From contig NC_042998.1 in NCBI RefSeq assembly GCF_006345805.1, positions 80,414,001-80,478,000 on the forward strand: DNA of 64,000 bases, in the 5' to 3' direction. This DNA comes from Octopus sinensis (taxonomy: Eukaryota). This document shows positions 1 to 12,540 of this stretch, piece by piece; positions within the stretch are counted from its first letter, which is position 1, and every line of letters begins with the position of its first letter. The position numbers were made by a program, and so were the translations under genes. Below the pieces are notes generated by a model. That model was given only the letters and a program-made list of their open reading frames with translations, searched no databases and was not told where the DNA came from.

Positions 1-147
1 CTTACCAGTTGTGCTGTAGTGTATATAAACATTTTCAAAGCAGCTATTGAAAATGATTGAAAAAAGCTATTGTGAAGTCTATGGCAAATATTATAGTAGT
101 TATATCACCCTATTATATCTCCGTCACTGACTGAAAATATATCTGAG

Positions 148-315
148 CATTCCCCACTAATTACAACATGCACTAATTATATCATGTCAAAAGAATTGAT
201 TCGGGAAATCATGATGCATAACGAATAGTTCTCAAGTTGGTTGTGTTGATAAATTTACAAATATCAATTCTTTTGACATGATATAATTAGTGCATGTTGT
301 AATTAGTGGGGAATG
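148..315. repeat. Perfect 53-bp inverted repeat with 62-bp spacer
   Basis: 148-200 is the exact reverse complement of 263-315. Confidence 0.95.
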
Positions 316-2839
316 TTTTGACTTGGTTTCTACAGCTGGATGCCCTTCCTGATGCTAACCACTTTTACAGAGTGTACTAGGTACTTTTTATCAGTGCGTT
401 TCATGTGGCACCAGCACCCAAGTATGAAACAATTAAACTCCAATGGTTTACTGATGCCACAAATATACACAGAACCGAATTTCATTGTTCAACACATTCT
501 TTGAAAATAAAGAGATTCACAAGGAAACCCAAACTGAGTGCACCCAGGTTCCAGGAATTGCACATGATTGGTTAGAAGGAAAGATTTTGAATAATAATGG
601 GTTTCTTGGTTTTAAGAGGATGAGTATAATCCTGCAAGAACTAAACTGAAGTTCAAATTCAAAGTAAGACTTAAAATTAGAAAGAATTTTCAATGCTTAA
701 GAAGGTTTGATGTTGCGGGGTTAAAAGAAATCTGTCAGGTATTAATTCTTTGAAAGATATTACGAAGTGGGATGTCTTAAGAAGAAAAAAAAAGAAATTT
801 ACCAAGTTTCAAAAGAAGTATTGGTGTTTACAAAGTCCAAAAGCAAGGACAGGTTTAACAATAGTAATAAATATATACAAAGCTTTATTATCCTTGTAAA
901 AGATCTGCATAAACAAATTTATCAAAATGAAAATTTAGACATAAATTATAATTATATAAAACTATATAGATTATTTAAAATTTTAATTATTTAGATTTAT
1001 ATGAAAATTTGAGTCAAAGATTCAGAAAGAAACCATAAACAAGAAGAAGAGGTGGGTTGTATGTGCCTATGATCTTTAATAAATGTATGCCAAAAGAGAT
1101 GCTAAGTAGCTTCAGATACATATGCATGCATGCACACACACACACATCTATCTAAATTCCACTTAAAGAGCCTTGTTTCTGCACTGGAAACTAGCACTTT
1201 CTCTTGGAAAGAAACTTGAAAAATAAGATTAGAAGAACAAATAAATGCATGTATGTGTGTGTACACACACACACACGTACACATATATGCAAGGACACAC
1301 ACACACGTACACATATATGCAAGGACACACACGCATACATAAACTTATGGAAAATGATAGATTCAGCCTTAAGTAGGTTCTATGAATATTTAATGCAACA
1401 AGTCCTAGGAGTGTGATGTTCTACGGCAATACAATATCTATTTCTCTTCATCTTTAGACTTCAAAAGGTATTGATTCATATGTGTAAAAGAGATAAACAT
1501 GTAATGTATATGGATGTGAAGTACTGACTAAATATTATTTAGCTGTAGGTCAGCCCTGGGCCAACAGACATGTGATCAAAGGTATTCCAGCCATGACCAT
1601 TCCATTTTTATGGGTATCTAGCACTATATTAATCAATGCATCAATATTTGTTTAAAACAATGAGGTTTGCTTTGAGGGATAGTTGTTGGTGGTTATAAAC
1701 ATATAATGTCTATGGAAGCAATTTGGCTCAGTTATAAACACATAATATATATATATAAGTGATAAGTGCTCAATAAGTTTCAACAAGTACAAGAGACAAT
1801 TCAGAACAATTTGTTTTTTTATGAGATGATATGTCCACCGACACTTAACTGTCAATTTATATGCAGATGGCATCTCTGAGAACATTAACTTTACATATGT
1901 TTTGTTTTTCTAAATATATAAAACTTGTAACAAATATGTCAATGTTCTTTTTCTTTTTTGCTCATTTTACTTATAATATATATATATATATTACTAATTA
2001 ATAAATATTTTGAAGTCCATCAAAAGGTCAGTGACATATTTAGTAAGCTATATTAGTTTAAATTGCATCATTTCCCTAAGTAACTTCAGTCACTAAATTA
2101 TTGTTTATTACTAGTCTGTCAGTAATGTTATTTCACACTAAATAATTGACACCTTTTTAATATATTTTGTTATAAAAATGTTAAAAACACAACCCTCTTA
2201 TTGTTCATTTATTTATACATTTAAATGTTAACCTTAACCCTTTTGTAGCCATTTTTCTAAGAATGTGTTGCCTTTGTTTTAATTTTCAACATAATTTTAA
2301 AAAATAAAATAAAATTAGGTACAACATAGTTACAGGTAATGGGGCTGAGTGGTTAAGATGCTCACTTCACAACCACATGGTTTTTAGAGTGTTCCATTGT
2401 ACAGTACCTTGGGCAAGCATCTACTACTATAGACCCAGGTAAACCAACAGTTAATACCTTGTGTGTTATTTTGGTAAACAAAAACTGTGAGAAAGCCTGT
2501 TGCATGTGTGTGTACATGTGTATATAGCATGATCATCAACATCATCTAACATCCATTTTCCATGCTGATATGGGTTGGATGGTTTGACAGGAGCTGCCTG
2601 GGCTTTATGTTTGTTTTCACATGGTTTCTACAGCTGGATGCCATTCCTAATGCCAACTACTTCACAGAGTGTACTGGGTGCATTTGCACAGCACCAGCAT
2701 GGGGTGGGGTTAAGTGACACTGACACAGGTGCTTTTTATGTGGCACCAGCAGAGGTACTTTTTATGCGGCACTAGCACTTATGGGCTTGCAAGATTAGGA
2801 TCACTCAGCTGAAGACAGATGCAGGGGACATACCTGTCT

Positions 2840-3263
2840 CTAAGCAGTGATGTGTATAAATACAATGTCGTTACCAGTTCAAATATGCTTGGGGTATATT
2901 TGAACCTGTAAGAAAGCCATTCACACTGTTTTGTCATGGAAACACTTTCCCGTTGTAGACAAATGATGTAAATACACAAAAAAACAGCTTGCAGCGCCAC
3001 CTACCCAGACTGTGAAATGCAAGCGTTTTGGAGCAGTTATTTCCTCTTCAGTCACAGAAACCAGTCAGGATGCACTGCGAGCTGATAAGAGACATTGTCT
3101 CTCTTACAATATTCCTGTCATCATACAGTGACTGGTAGCACTAATCAGCAGCTCACTGCAAACAAATTACGGGGTAGCGGCACTAAGCGGTGATGTGCAT
3201 AAATACAAGGTTATCACCAGTTCAAATATGCTCGGGACATATTTGAACCTGTAAGAAAGCCAT
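2840..3263 (+). repeat. Two 81-bp direct repeats (2840-2920, 3183-3263), each with an internal hairpin
   Basis: ctaagc.gtgatgtg.ataaatacaa...ccagttcaaatatgct.ggg..atatttgaacctgtaagaaagccat occurs twice, 343 bp apart. Confidence 0.85.
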
Positions 3264-4149
3264 ACCCACCCTTTAATACCGGTAAACAGGTAACAGATGA
3301 TGGGAGTAATTTACCACTTTAACCAATAGATGCACTGTATAATTAATATTTATTTCTAACAAATGCAGAAGTCAATTAAATCAGTCCCAGTACTTGCCTG
3401 GTACTTTATTTTATTTTACTTAAGTCTTTCACTCCCTGTGGAGAGCAGGCTATCGATGACTTTTCTTCACTCTTCTCCAATCTGGGCTGTCTATTCCTCT
3501 CACAGGTCTTGGTTTTGAAGAGTCACTGATGCTTCTAGGCAGGGATGTTGGCCCTATGAAAACCCATTTTTTAAACTTCTGTGAAAGGGTGGTGAGTATT
3601 AGTCTGGTTTCTATCTTTTTTTACTTGTCCATCATGGGGAACCCTACTAGAAACTTGTACTCCACTCGCATAGCTCTCAAGGTGTTTGAGGCACCCAAGC
3701 CATCACACCACAAGGACAAGACCTTATGGTGGAGCATTTCATTTTACTGGCCCTGAAGGTATGAAAGCAAAATTGAACTTGGCAGGATTTGAACTCAGAG
3801 TGTAAAGAATCAGAACAAATACCATGAAGCACTTTGTTTGACATTCTAATGATTCTGTCAATTTATCCATCTACTCCATAATTGATAATACAAAACTTAG
3901 TGGTTAATTAGCTCACTATGCTGAGTTAAACTTTTCCACTAGACCTGTAGAAGGTAGCATGATAGAAACCTTTCTGATGTCATCTTCTTGAGAGAAAGAG
4001 AGAGAAAGAGACAGAGACAGACAGACAGAGAGGATGTGAGTGAAAACATTCTGATATATGAGAATGGCCAGAGTGGATTGGGTAGCAGACAAGCAGCTGA
4101 GAGGTCATAGTTTATGATTGACCCTGGAAACATCAAATGTAATCATATT

Positions 4150-4363
4150 GGTTTCAAATTTTGGCACAAGGCTAGCAATTTTAGGGAAGGGAGAAAGTCA
4201 ATTACATCAAGCCCAGTGCTCAACTGGTACTTATTTTATCAACCTTGAAAGGACAAAAGGCAAAGTCGACCTTGATTGAATTTGAACCCAGAACGTAAAG
4301 ACAGACAAAATGTTGCTAAGCATTTTGCCCAGTGTGCAAATGATTCTGCCAGTTCACTACTTT
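4150..4363 (-). mobile_element. SINE family B copy
   Basis: Reverse complement of family B. Confidence 0.8.
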
Positions 4364-5130
4364 CAATAATTATAATCATGTATAATCACATGGTTAAAAA
4401 ACAAATTTCTTCACCACATGGAAAGGACATATAACATTATATAGTTATAATATAATGGATGATATATGACGTAATACTAAGCCACTATTCTAGAACAATC
4501 CAAATAGTATCTATCCTTTGAAATACAAGTTATGTAAATTCATGATTCATGAAAAGTTATGTTGGGACATGAAAACAGTTTCTTTGTTTACATGTAATCA
4601 GATCTCTAAAATTAATGCTAAGGCAGCCTCCAAAAATAGATAATATAATACAGAAATAAATAAAAATTGTAATTGCTTAGAAGATGCATATAATTTATTA
4701 ATCTATACAGTTACTATGAGGAGACAGCTATTGGGTTACATCTCACCAGGGCATGAACTTTATGAAAGTTTCTGCAGTAATTAGTTCTTGACCCTTTTCA
4801 TAACCAATCATGAAACATTGAGTCAGTCTCCTTAGCTGAAAATAGCTGCTGTCCATACTTCACAGTAATGTATTTAGTTACAAATTGCATACAGCATGTT
4901 TATCTGATGTGTAAGGTACCATCAATAGGTTCAAACTTTTTAAAATTCAATTTGAATCTGGTGTTGTGAGAAAGCCTACCAACCTGACAAAGTCTATCTT
5001 TTTCAAGGCTATGAACTATGATGTGTACAAACAATAAGTGGCATGAAGTAAATATAACCAGGATCAAAGCCATTTCACAGACTTGACTCAACAAAAGCCT
5101 ACCGCTTTGCACACACATGCAAAATATAGC

Positions 5131-5546
5131 ATCATCATCATTTTAATGTCTACTTTTCCATGCTTGCATGGATCAAATGGAATTCGTTGAAGGTTTTTCT
5201 ATAGCTGAATACCTTTCTTGCCACCAACCCTCCCCTGTTTTCAAGCCAAGAAATATTCCCCATGACCAGACATGTTTTCAAGGAAGTCTGGAAATAAGGG
5301 ACAGCATTTGCAGAATGGTAAAATCCATTTACAACTATCATACAAAGTTGAGGCAAGGAGACAGTAACATACACACACACAACAGGCTTCTTTCAGTTTC
5401 CATCTACCAAATCCACCCACAAGGCTTTGGTTGACCCAGGGCTTATAGTTGAAGACACTTGTCCAAGGTGCCATGCAGTGAGACTGAACCTGGAATCATG
5501 TGGTTGGGAAATAACCTTCTTACCACATAGCCATGCCTGCACCTAT
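5131..5546 (-). mobile_element. SINE with family-A head and RTE-type tail
   Basis: (atc)n, ttttaatgtctacttttccatgcttgcatgg, microsatellite, then family-A core and head reversed. Confidence 0.7.
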
Positions 5547-6539
5547 AATTATCATCAATATCATTTTAATGTTGACTTCTCCATTCATGCATGGCTCAAA
5601 GTTTAATGAAGTACAGACATCCTAAAGCAAATCCAGAGAGGAACCACCTAAATGATGATATAAAGACACTCACACTCCAGTCTCTTGCCTACAAAAGAAC
5701 TGGTTTCTCACTTATAATGGCCTCTGCTCCTCAGAACTGAGCTCATGCAACCTCCTTTCAGACATTCCTAATCTACATGTCTTCCTCTTTTCATTTCTTT
5801 TATCATGTCTAACCCCATTCCCAGCCCCACGCTAATTACTATACCCTGGCCTTCCTTCCTAAAACATCAATCTTCTGAAACTTCCTCCCAGCTCAATTCT
5901 TTCCAGCAAATGTTGGCTGACAATGGTTCAAGGGGAACATTAATACTATCAACATCACTGATCTCAGAGGCCTTGCAAAGGTCATGTATACTGCCACTTC
6001 CTCCAGACCAAGAAAGTGTAAAAATATAAACTTCATATAAAGTTGGTAAGTTACAAATATATGATTTGTCTCACTCTCAAGTGTGAGCATTTCAAGGTAA
6101 CAATAAGGAGCAAAATAATTTACTTATATCACCAGAGCTTTGTGAAAAGGTGAATGAGTAGAGAAGTTATGTATACTCATTGCTTAAAGAAACAGAGGCT
6201 TCATTGGTTGGTTGGTTGGTTGGTTGATGGTTGGTTGGTTGGTTGGTTGGTTGGTTGATGAAGGAGTGTAGATGTTATGATAACTCATTTATTATATAAC
6301 TTATTTATTATATAAGGTTGTGGTTGTGGTAGCAAATTCAAATTTATTTTAAAAAATAAAACACTTTTAAAAGTGTGTTAAAAAAGTAGGTAAAAAAATA
6401 AATTATCACTTATATGTGAACATGGGTGCCTACTTTGATACAAATAGTGATACTTTGACATCAGCAATGAGGTTTCTAAATTTAGGAGTTGTATCTGTTT
6501 AGTTTTTCTACCCAGGTGGCACATCCTTGAATTCAACTG

Positions 6540-7320
6540 GATCATCTACATTATCAACATTAGTGCCATTTATATTATCAGCATTATTAATGTTAGCCTC
6601 ATCATATTGTCAGTATTATCAATAACAATATTATCTATATCATCAATACTACCAATACCAGTTTCATTTATATTGACATTATCCATGTCAATTTCGTTAC
6701 ATAATCAACATTATCAATGTCTTAACTATATTATCAACATCAGACTCAGTTGTACCATCAATATTATCAATGTCAGCCCTAACCATACAATCAACATCAC
6801 CACTGTCAGTCTCATCTATACATCAACATCCTCCATAACAATTCCGACCATATCATCAATATTATCAATGCCTATCTCAACTATATTACCAACATTATCA
6901 ACATCAGTCTCATTTATATTATCAATATTATCGATGTCAGTATCATCTTATCTCATCAACACTATCAATGTCAATCTGAACTGTATTATCAACATCAATC
7001 CTAACAATACATTATTAATGTCAGTCACATCTGTATTATAAACATTTTCATCATCATTATCAATCCATTTCAGCCATATCAGCAACATTATCAATCCATT
7101 TCAACTATATCTTCAACATCATCAATATCACTTTCAACTCTATTATCAACATCAGACACAACCATACCTACATTATCCTTGTCAGTCACAGCTATATTAT
7201 CAACATTATCACTGCCTATCTAGACTACATGATTAACATTATCAATGAGTTTCATACTCTACCATCAACATTATCATTGTTAGTCTCTTACTATATGATT
7301 AACATTATAATTCCCATTTT
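6540..7320. repeat. Degenerate triplet-periodic minisatellite (atcaacattatcaat-like)
   Basis: Strongly A/T/C-biased plus strand with recurring ttatcaacat/atcaat motifs. Confidence 0.8.
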
Positions 7321-7838
7321 CAAGTAGATCATCAAGAAACATGGAAAAGACGAGAGCAGAGATAATTGATTGCATAACATCCTGGGGAAGTTTACAACCA
7401 TCCATTACTGAGTTAACCTTTGTTGAAAACTTTTTAAGGTCTGTATCTACTGTATTAGCTAATTCGCCACTAAATGTTTGTCTGATCTAGACATGCCAAG
7501 ACATCTGCCACAGTCACTTATTGCCTCAGGCTCTTGAACACCAAATCAATAACAAAATCTAACATATGAACATTTTAATTGTAGTTTTCTGAAGGTTTCG
7601 TGTAACTGCAAGCATTAATATAATCTCCAGATACTAGTAATTCCTATTTACTTTCATTCACACTTATGTCATCATCATCATCTGTAACAACTGATAAGTT
7701 TAATATAGTTAATTTCTGTACTTTACAGATTGATGGTAACCTATGAGGAGGAGCAGTCCAGAGAGATGGAGTCTAGGTTAATAAAAAGTTAAAGATAATA
7801 TATCCAGACTTCTAAATGAAGAAAATAAAAAGAGATTA

Positions 7839-8258
7839 GACATGGCTGTGAGTAAGCTTGTTTCTTAACCATGTGGTCTCAGGATTAATCCCATTAAGCA
7901 GCACTTTGGTAGGTGTCTTCTACAACTAGAGCTGTAGGTTAACCAAAGCCTTGTGAATGGATTTGGTAGACAGATGTGTTTGTGCATGAGCAGACAAGTA
8001 CATGAGTATATTTTTCTGTGTACCCTTGTCTTGACATTACATGATGACTGTAAATGTGTATCACTATCAGACAAGTGGTGTTGTTTGTTTCCAGTCTTTC
8101 ATGAAAAACATATCCAGCCATGGAGAATTATTACTTTGCCTGGAAACATTTGATGGCTGGTGACAGGAAGGACATCTGACTGTAGTCAGTCTACTTCAAC
8201 AAATTCTGTTTGACCCATGAGAAAGAAAGGTGGACATCAAATGATGATGATGATGATG
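7839..8258 (+). mobile_element. SINE with family-A head and RTE-type (GAT)n tail
   Basis: Family-A head and core, (TG)n, then ...acaggaaggacatc...gacccatg...ggacatcaaa(tga)n. Confidence 0.7.
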
Positions 8259-8632
8259 AAACTTGTAAAATGCCTTAACTCAGATAACCATAAAAAATTG
8301 GCATTGATGTTATTTATAGACACTGTTGAGAAACTGAAGTATATGCAATTACAGTGTACACACAAAGTTAGAGACTTTTTGCCAAGACTTTTGGCCTTTA
8401 ACGATTTCATCAACACTGGAAATCCAATCAGTAAGCTCTGAATCGACATATAACAAATTCATCTCTTGTTAGATGCAGTGGTTTTGCTGATTCGTTAATG
8501 CAAAGCAATACGATCACATCATATTAGATATAATTGCAAGGCAACACTGTTACATGATCATTTATTGATTTACAGAAACAAGATCCAATTTCAAGCTGAA
8601 AAGTTATGAAATGCTATCGTTAAAATTCAGTA

Positions 8633-9044
8633 ATCATCATCATCATCATTTTAACGCCTACTTTTCCATGCCTGCATAAGTTCAATGTAATTTGTTGAGT
8701 TAGATTTTCTACAGCCAGATGCCCTTCCTGTTGCCAACCCATACCTGTTTCATTATCAAGGTAATGTTTCCTCATAACCAAACATGTTTTCACAGAAGAT
8801 AAGAAACAAAGGACATCCCTTGCCTGATGGTGACACTCATTCACAACTATCAAACAATGTCAAGACAAAAAGACAGTAACACACACGCGCACACATATAT
8901 ACAACGTGCTTCTTCTGTGCAGATTCTACTGAATCCACGGAGGTTTTGGTTGGCTTGAGGCTATGGTAGAAAAAAAAATTTGTCCAGTGGGGCTTGAACC
9001 CAAAACCATGTGGTTGAGAAGCAAACTTCTTACCACACAACCAC
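8633..9044 (-). mobile_element. SINE with family-A head and RTE-type tail
   Basis: Reverse complement of the 7839-8258 architecture. Confidence 0.7.
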
Positions 9045-10030
9045 TTATTATTATAATATGGTTAAGAAACACTAAACCAAAATGGCTCAAATTTTCAATA
9101 ACAGTTTGAAATTTCAGAAATATCATTTCTTTATATACTCTAATATAAAAGCAAATACCTAACATCTTGCTAACTTAAATTTTCTATGCCTCAAAAGACT
9201 GATATTTCCATAAGAAGAATATAATTATTCTATTTCATAATATTACCACCACAACATTCCAGAAAGTTAAGTAAATGTATATAGAGTTTTAGTAAACAAC
9301 TTACTATTTTAGTCATCTTATGGAACAAATACACTTTTCTTATATTTGAACATCCTTTGGGGGTGTATTGTGCAAATAACTGCATACCGCATATTATTCT
9401 TAATGAAAGGGAAAAATGTCCAAGATGTTGATTTTGTAGGCAAGACCAATATTCTCCAGTTTATTCTAAAACCCATAAAGATGAAGTGGCTGAATAATTA
9501 GGTAACAGGTTCAAACACAATGAAAAAAGGATTATTTTTTGCTCTTAATCTACCTAATAGCAGAGTAAGTAGTAATTCTATTAGACCATGTGGAGCGTGA
9601 TGATAAAACTAAAGAAGCAATGAATCTGATTATTATTTAGTAGCCAGTAAATGTAGCAGTACAGAAGAAAGAAAAAAAATTAGAGCCACATGAAATTAAT
9701 GGTTCCAGGTTATACATAGAAAATAGAATCACATTTCCAAACCCTAAAACATTTTTTATCAAAAAATGTAACCAAAACTTATTAGAGACATGCAAGCATA
9801 GTTGAGTGGTTAAGGAGTTCACTTCCCAATCATGTGGTTTCGATTTCAGTCACCTAGGACAAGTGTTTTATTCAAGAGTGGAGAGCAGATTGCATGATGC
9901 TTGCATACGAAATGGTATGTTGCATGATACTGAAATATAGGTGCAGAATACTGAGAATGTGTAAAAGTGGGTAAGAAATGTGGTGAAGATGCTTTGTTGG
10001 ATATATAATGTTAATATGCATGAATGATAG

Positions 10031-10248
10031 TAGGCAATGAGCTGGCAGAATCATTAGCACAGCAGGCAAAATGCTTAGCAGTATTTTGTCTGTCTTTATA
10101 TTCTGAGTTCAAATTTCTTATAGGTTGACTTTGCTTTTCATCCTTTCAGGGTCATTAAGATAAGTACTAGTTGAGCAATGGAGTCGCTGTAATCAACTAA
10201 ACCACTTCCCCCACTGAAATTGCCGGCCTTGAGCCAAAATTTGAAACC
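10031..10248 (+). mobile_element. tRNA-headed SINE family B (~215 bp) with exact 18-bp TSD
   Basis: Head aggcaatgagctggcagaatcattagc...ctgagttcaaatt; core gactttgcttttcatcctttcagggtc...aagtactag (Nin-domain-like, from memory). TSD aatatgcatgaatgatag at 10013-10030 and 10249-10266. Confidence 0.9.
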
Positions 10249-10344
10249 AATATGCATGAATGATAGCAAACAAAGGAGCTGAACAAAAAAGTAAGCATAA
10301 GAGGAATCAGATACAATAAGCATAAGAAAGGAAAAAACTGAGTT

Positions 10345-10590
10345 GAAATGGACGTGTCATGCATATGGAGAATGACACCCAAATAAAGAAAGAAGTGCCA
10401 AATGACTCAAGAGCAAAGAAAATGTACAAGAGCAGGACCCAAAAAATTAAAAAGGGAAAAAATGGTGAGGGCTGATCTCAGGGAACTGACCCTTAGAAAG
10501 AAAATAACAAAACAATACAATAAGTAAGGAAATGCAATACTTGAGACCCATCCAACCCATGCAAGTAAGGAAAAATAGATGTAAAATTGC
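10345..10590 (+). mobile_element. Old RTE 3' fragment
   Basis: Decayed GHV.RME...GRPKK.W..VR.DL coding remnant followed by ccaacccatgcaag...gatgtaaaa tail. Confidence 0.55.
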
Positions 10591-12540
10591 TCTATGTATT
10601 TTCCTATATTTTTGCTTTATGCTTTGAACCAGTGGTTTATTACAATATTTGTTACTGATTAGTGTTTGTTCTGTTCTATAAATTCCTTTATCTGGGGGTT
10701 TTGTTTGTGGAGGAGATTTTAAACATGTTAAGTAAGAATTTATCCACACTTAACAGTAAACTATTTCATTTGCTTGTAGCAACTGAGTAGTAACTGTACT
10801 TCTTTAAGCAGAAGTACAGTTACTACCCAATTTACAGTTGCAAATTATTAAAAACAACCAATCCATATTGTAACATCACTGGTGTAAAACTAGTAATTAT
10901 TAACTAAATAGAAATATATAGAAGAAGATACTGTGTGCATTGCTCACTTGAAGAATATCATTTTATGTTATAAACAATAAATATGATTCTGTAAAGAGAA
11001 ATATTTGATACTCATGCAATATGGCATTCCATTTTATATTATATAATAATTGCATTGTGATACAGTCACGGTAGCCATTAAAATATACACACTGTTATAT
11101 ACACTTTTACTTATTATATTGTAATTAGATATGTTATTGGTCATCACATTGTTTTATCATATGACTGGGTCCCCATGCCAGTGGCATGTAAAAAGCACTA
11201 TCCGAACGTGGTGCATTTGTTTTAGTCATTACATCTATCAGATCAAATCTTTGTCAAATAAGTGCTATATATATATATATAATATATATATATATATATA
11301 AAGCCATCTGTAAAAAGAGACGGGCCTGGAAGGATGGGGGCAGCAGGGAACTGTACCAGATAGCCAAAAGGGAGGCTGGGCGGCAGGTATACATAGCCAA
11401 AGACGTAGCAGAAAAGAAGAAGTTTGCCAATGTCCAGCGACGCGAGGATCAAAGTGCTGAAGTATTTCGGATTGCCAGACAGTGTGTCAGAGAAAATAGT
11501 GATGTTATAGGAGAGAAATGTGTCCGCATGGATGATGGGGCACTTGCTTTTACTCCTAGTGAAAAGAAAGAGGCTTGGAGAAGCCATTATGAAAGACTGC
11601 TGAATGAGGAGAATGAATGGGAGGAGGAGAGCCTGCCAAATGTTGACCCAGTAGAGGGACCAGCTACCCGAATAGACAGCTCCCTTGTAGATAAGGCAAT
11701 TAAGGATATGAAACCAGGCAAAGCCCCTGGCCTATCAGGAATCACTGCTGAGATGCTTAAAACAGCTGGCTATGTGGGCTATACCATAGTCACCCGCATT
11801 GTAAACCAGGTAGTTCACAATGGAGTCATACCCAATGACTGGTGCAGCAGCACCATAGTCAACTGCTACAAGGGTAAGGGTGATGCTCTAGATAGAAATA
11901 ACTACAGAGGTATCAAACTGTTGGACCAGGTGATGAAGGTCTCAGAGAAGGTCATAACCCATCTCATTAGGGAGAGAATTTGTTTAGATGAAATGCAGTT
12001 CGGTTTTGTACCAGGTAGAAGCACCACTGATGCTATATTCCTGGTCCGACAACTGCAGGAGAAGTACCTAGCTAAAGATAAACCCCTCTACATAGCTTTT
12101 GTAGACTTGGAGAAAGCCTTTGACAGGGTTCCCCGTTCCCTCATCTGGTGGTCGATGCGGAAACTGGAGATTGAAGAATGGCTAATAAGGGCTGTACAGG
12201 CTCTATACAGAGAGGCTGTCAGCAAGGTTAGGATTGGCAACGAATATAGTGAAGAATTCCGGGTAGAAGTAGGTGTGCACCAGGGCTCAGCCCTCAGTCC
12301 CCTTTTATTCATCATAGTCCTTCAGGCAATAACAGAGGAATTCAAAACGGATGCCCCTGGGAGCTCCTCTATGCCGATGACCTAGCTCTCATAGCAGAAT
12401 CACTACCGGAACTAGAAGAGAAATTTCGGGTGTGGAAGCAAGGGCTGGAATCAAAGGGCCTTAGAATAAATGTAGCAAAGACCAAAGTATTAGTAAGCAG
12501 CAAGAGGTACTCAGCACACACCCCCTCGGGTAGGTGGCCC

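Noticed and set aside
6-78. Candidate minus-strand exon ending at a GTAAG donor at the window start
   Set aside because: The one open frame (LHNSFFQSFSIAALK...) is not Par-4-like and is out of phase with the upstream phase-0 donor.
6607-7041. 144-aa plus-strand Ser/Ile/Thr-rich ORF
   Set aside because: By-product of the triplet-periodic minisatellite.
8340-8460. Protein-like minus-strand peptide MNLLYVDSELTDWISSVDEIVKGQKSWQKVSNFVCTL
   Set aside because: Short, no recognisable family, no convincing splice sites.
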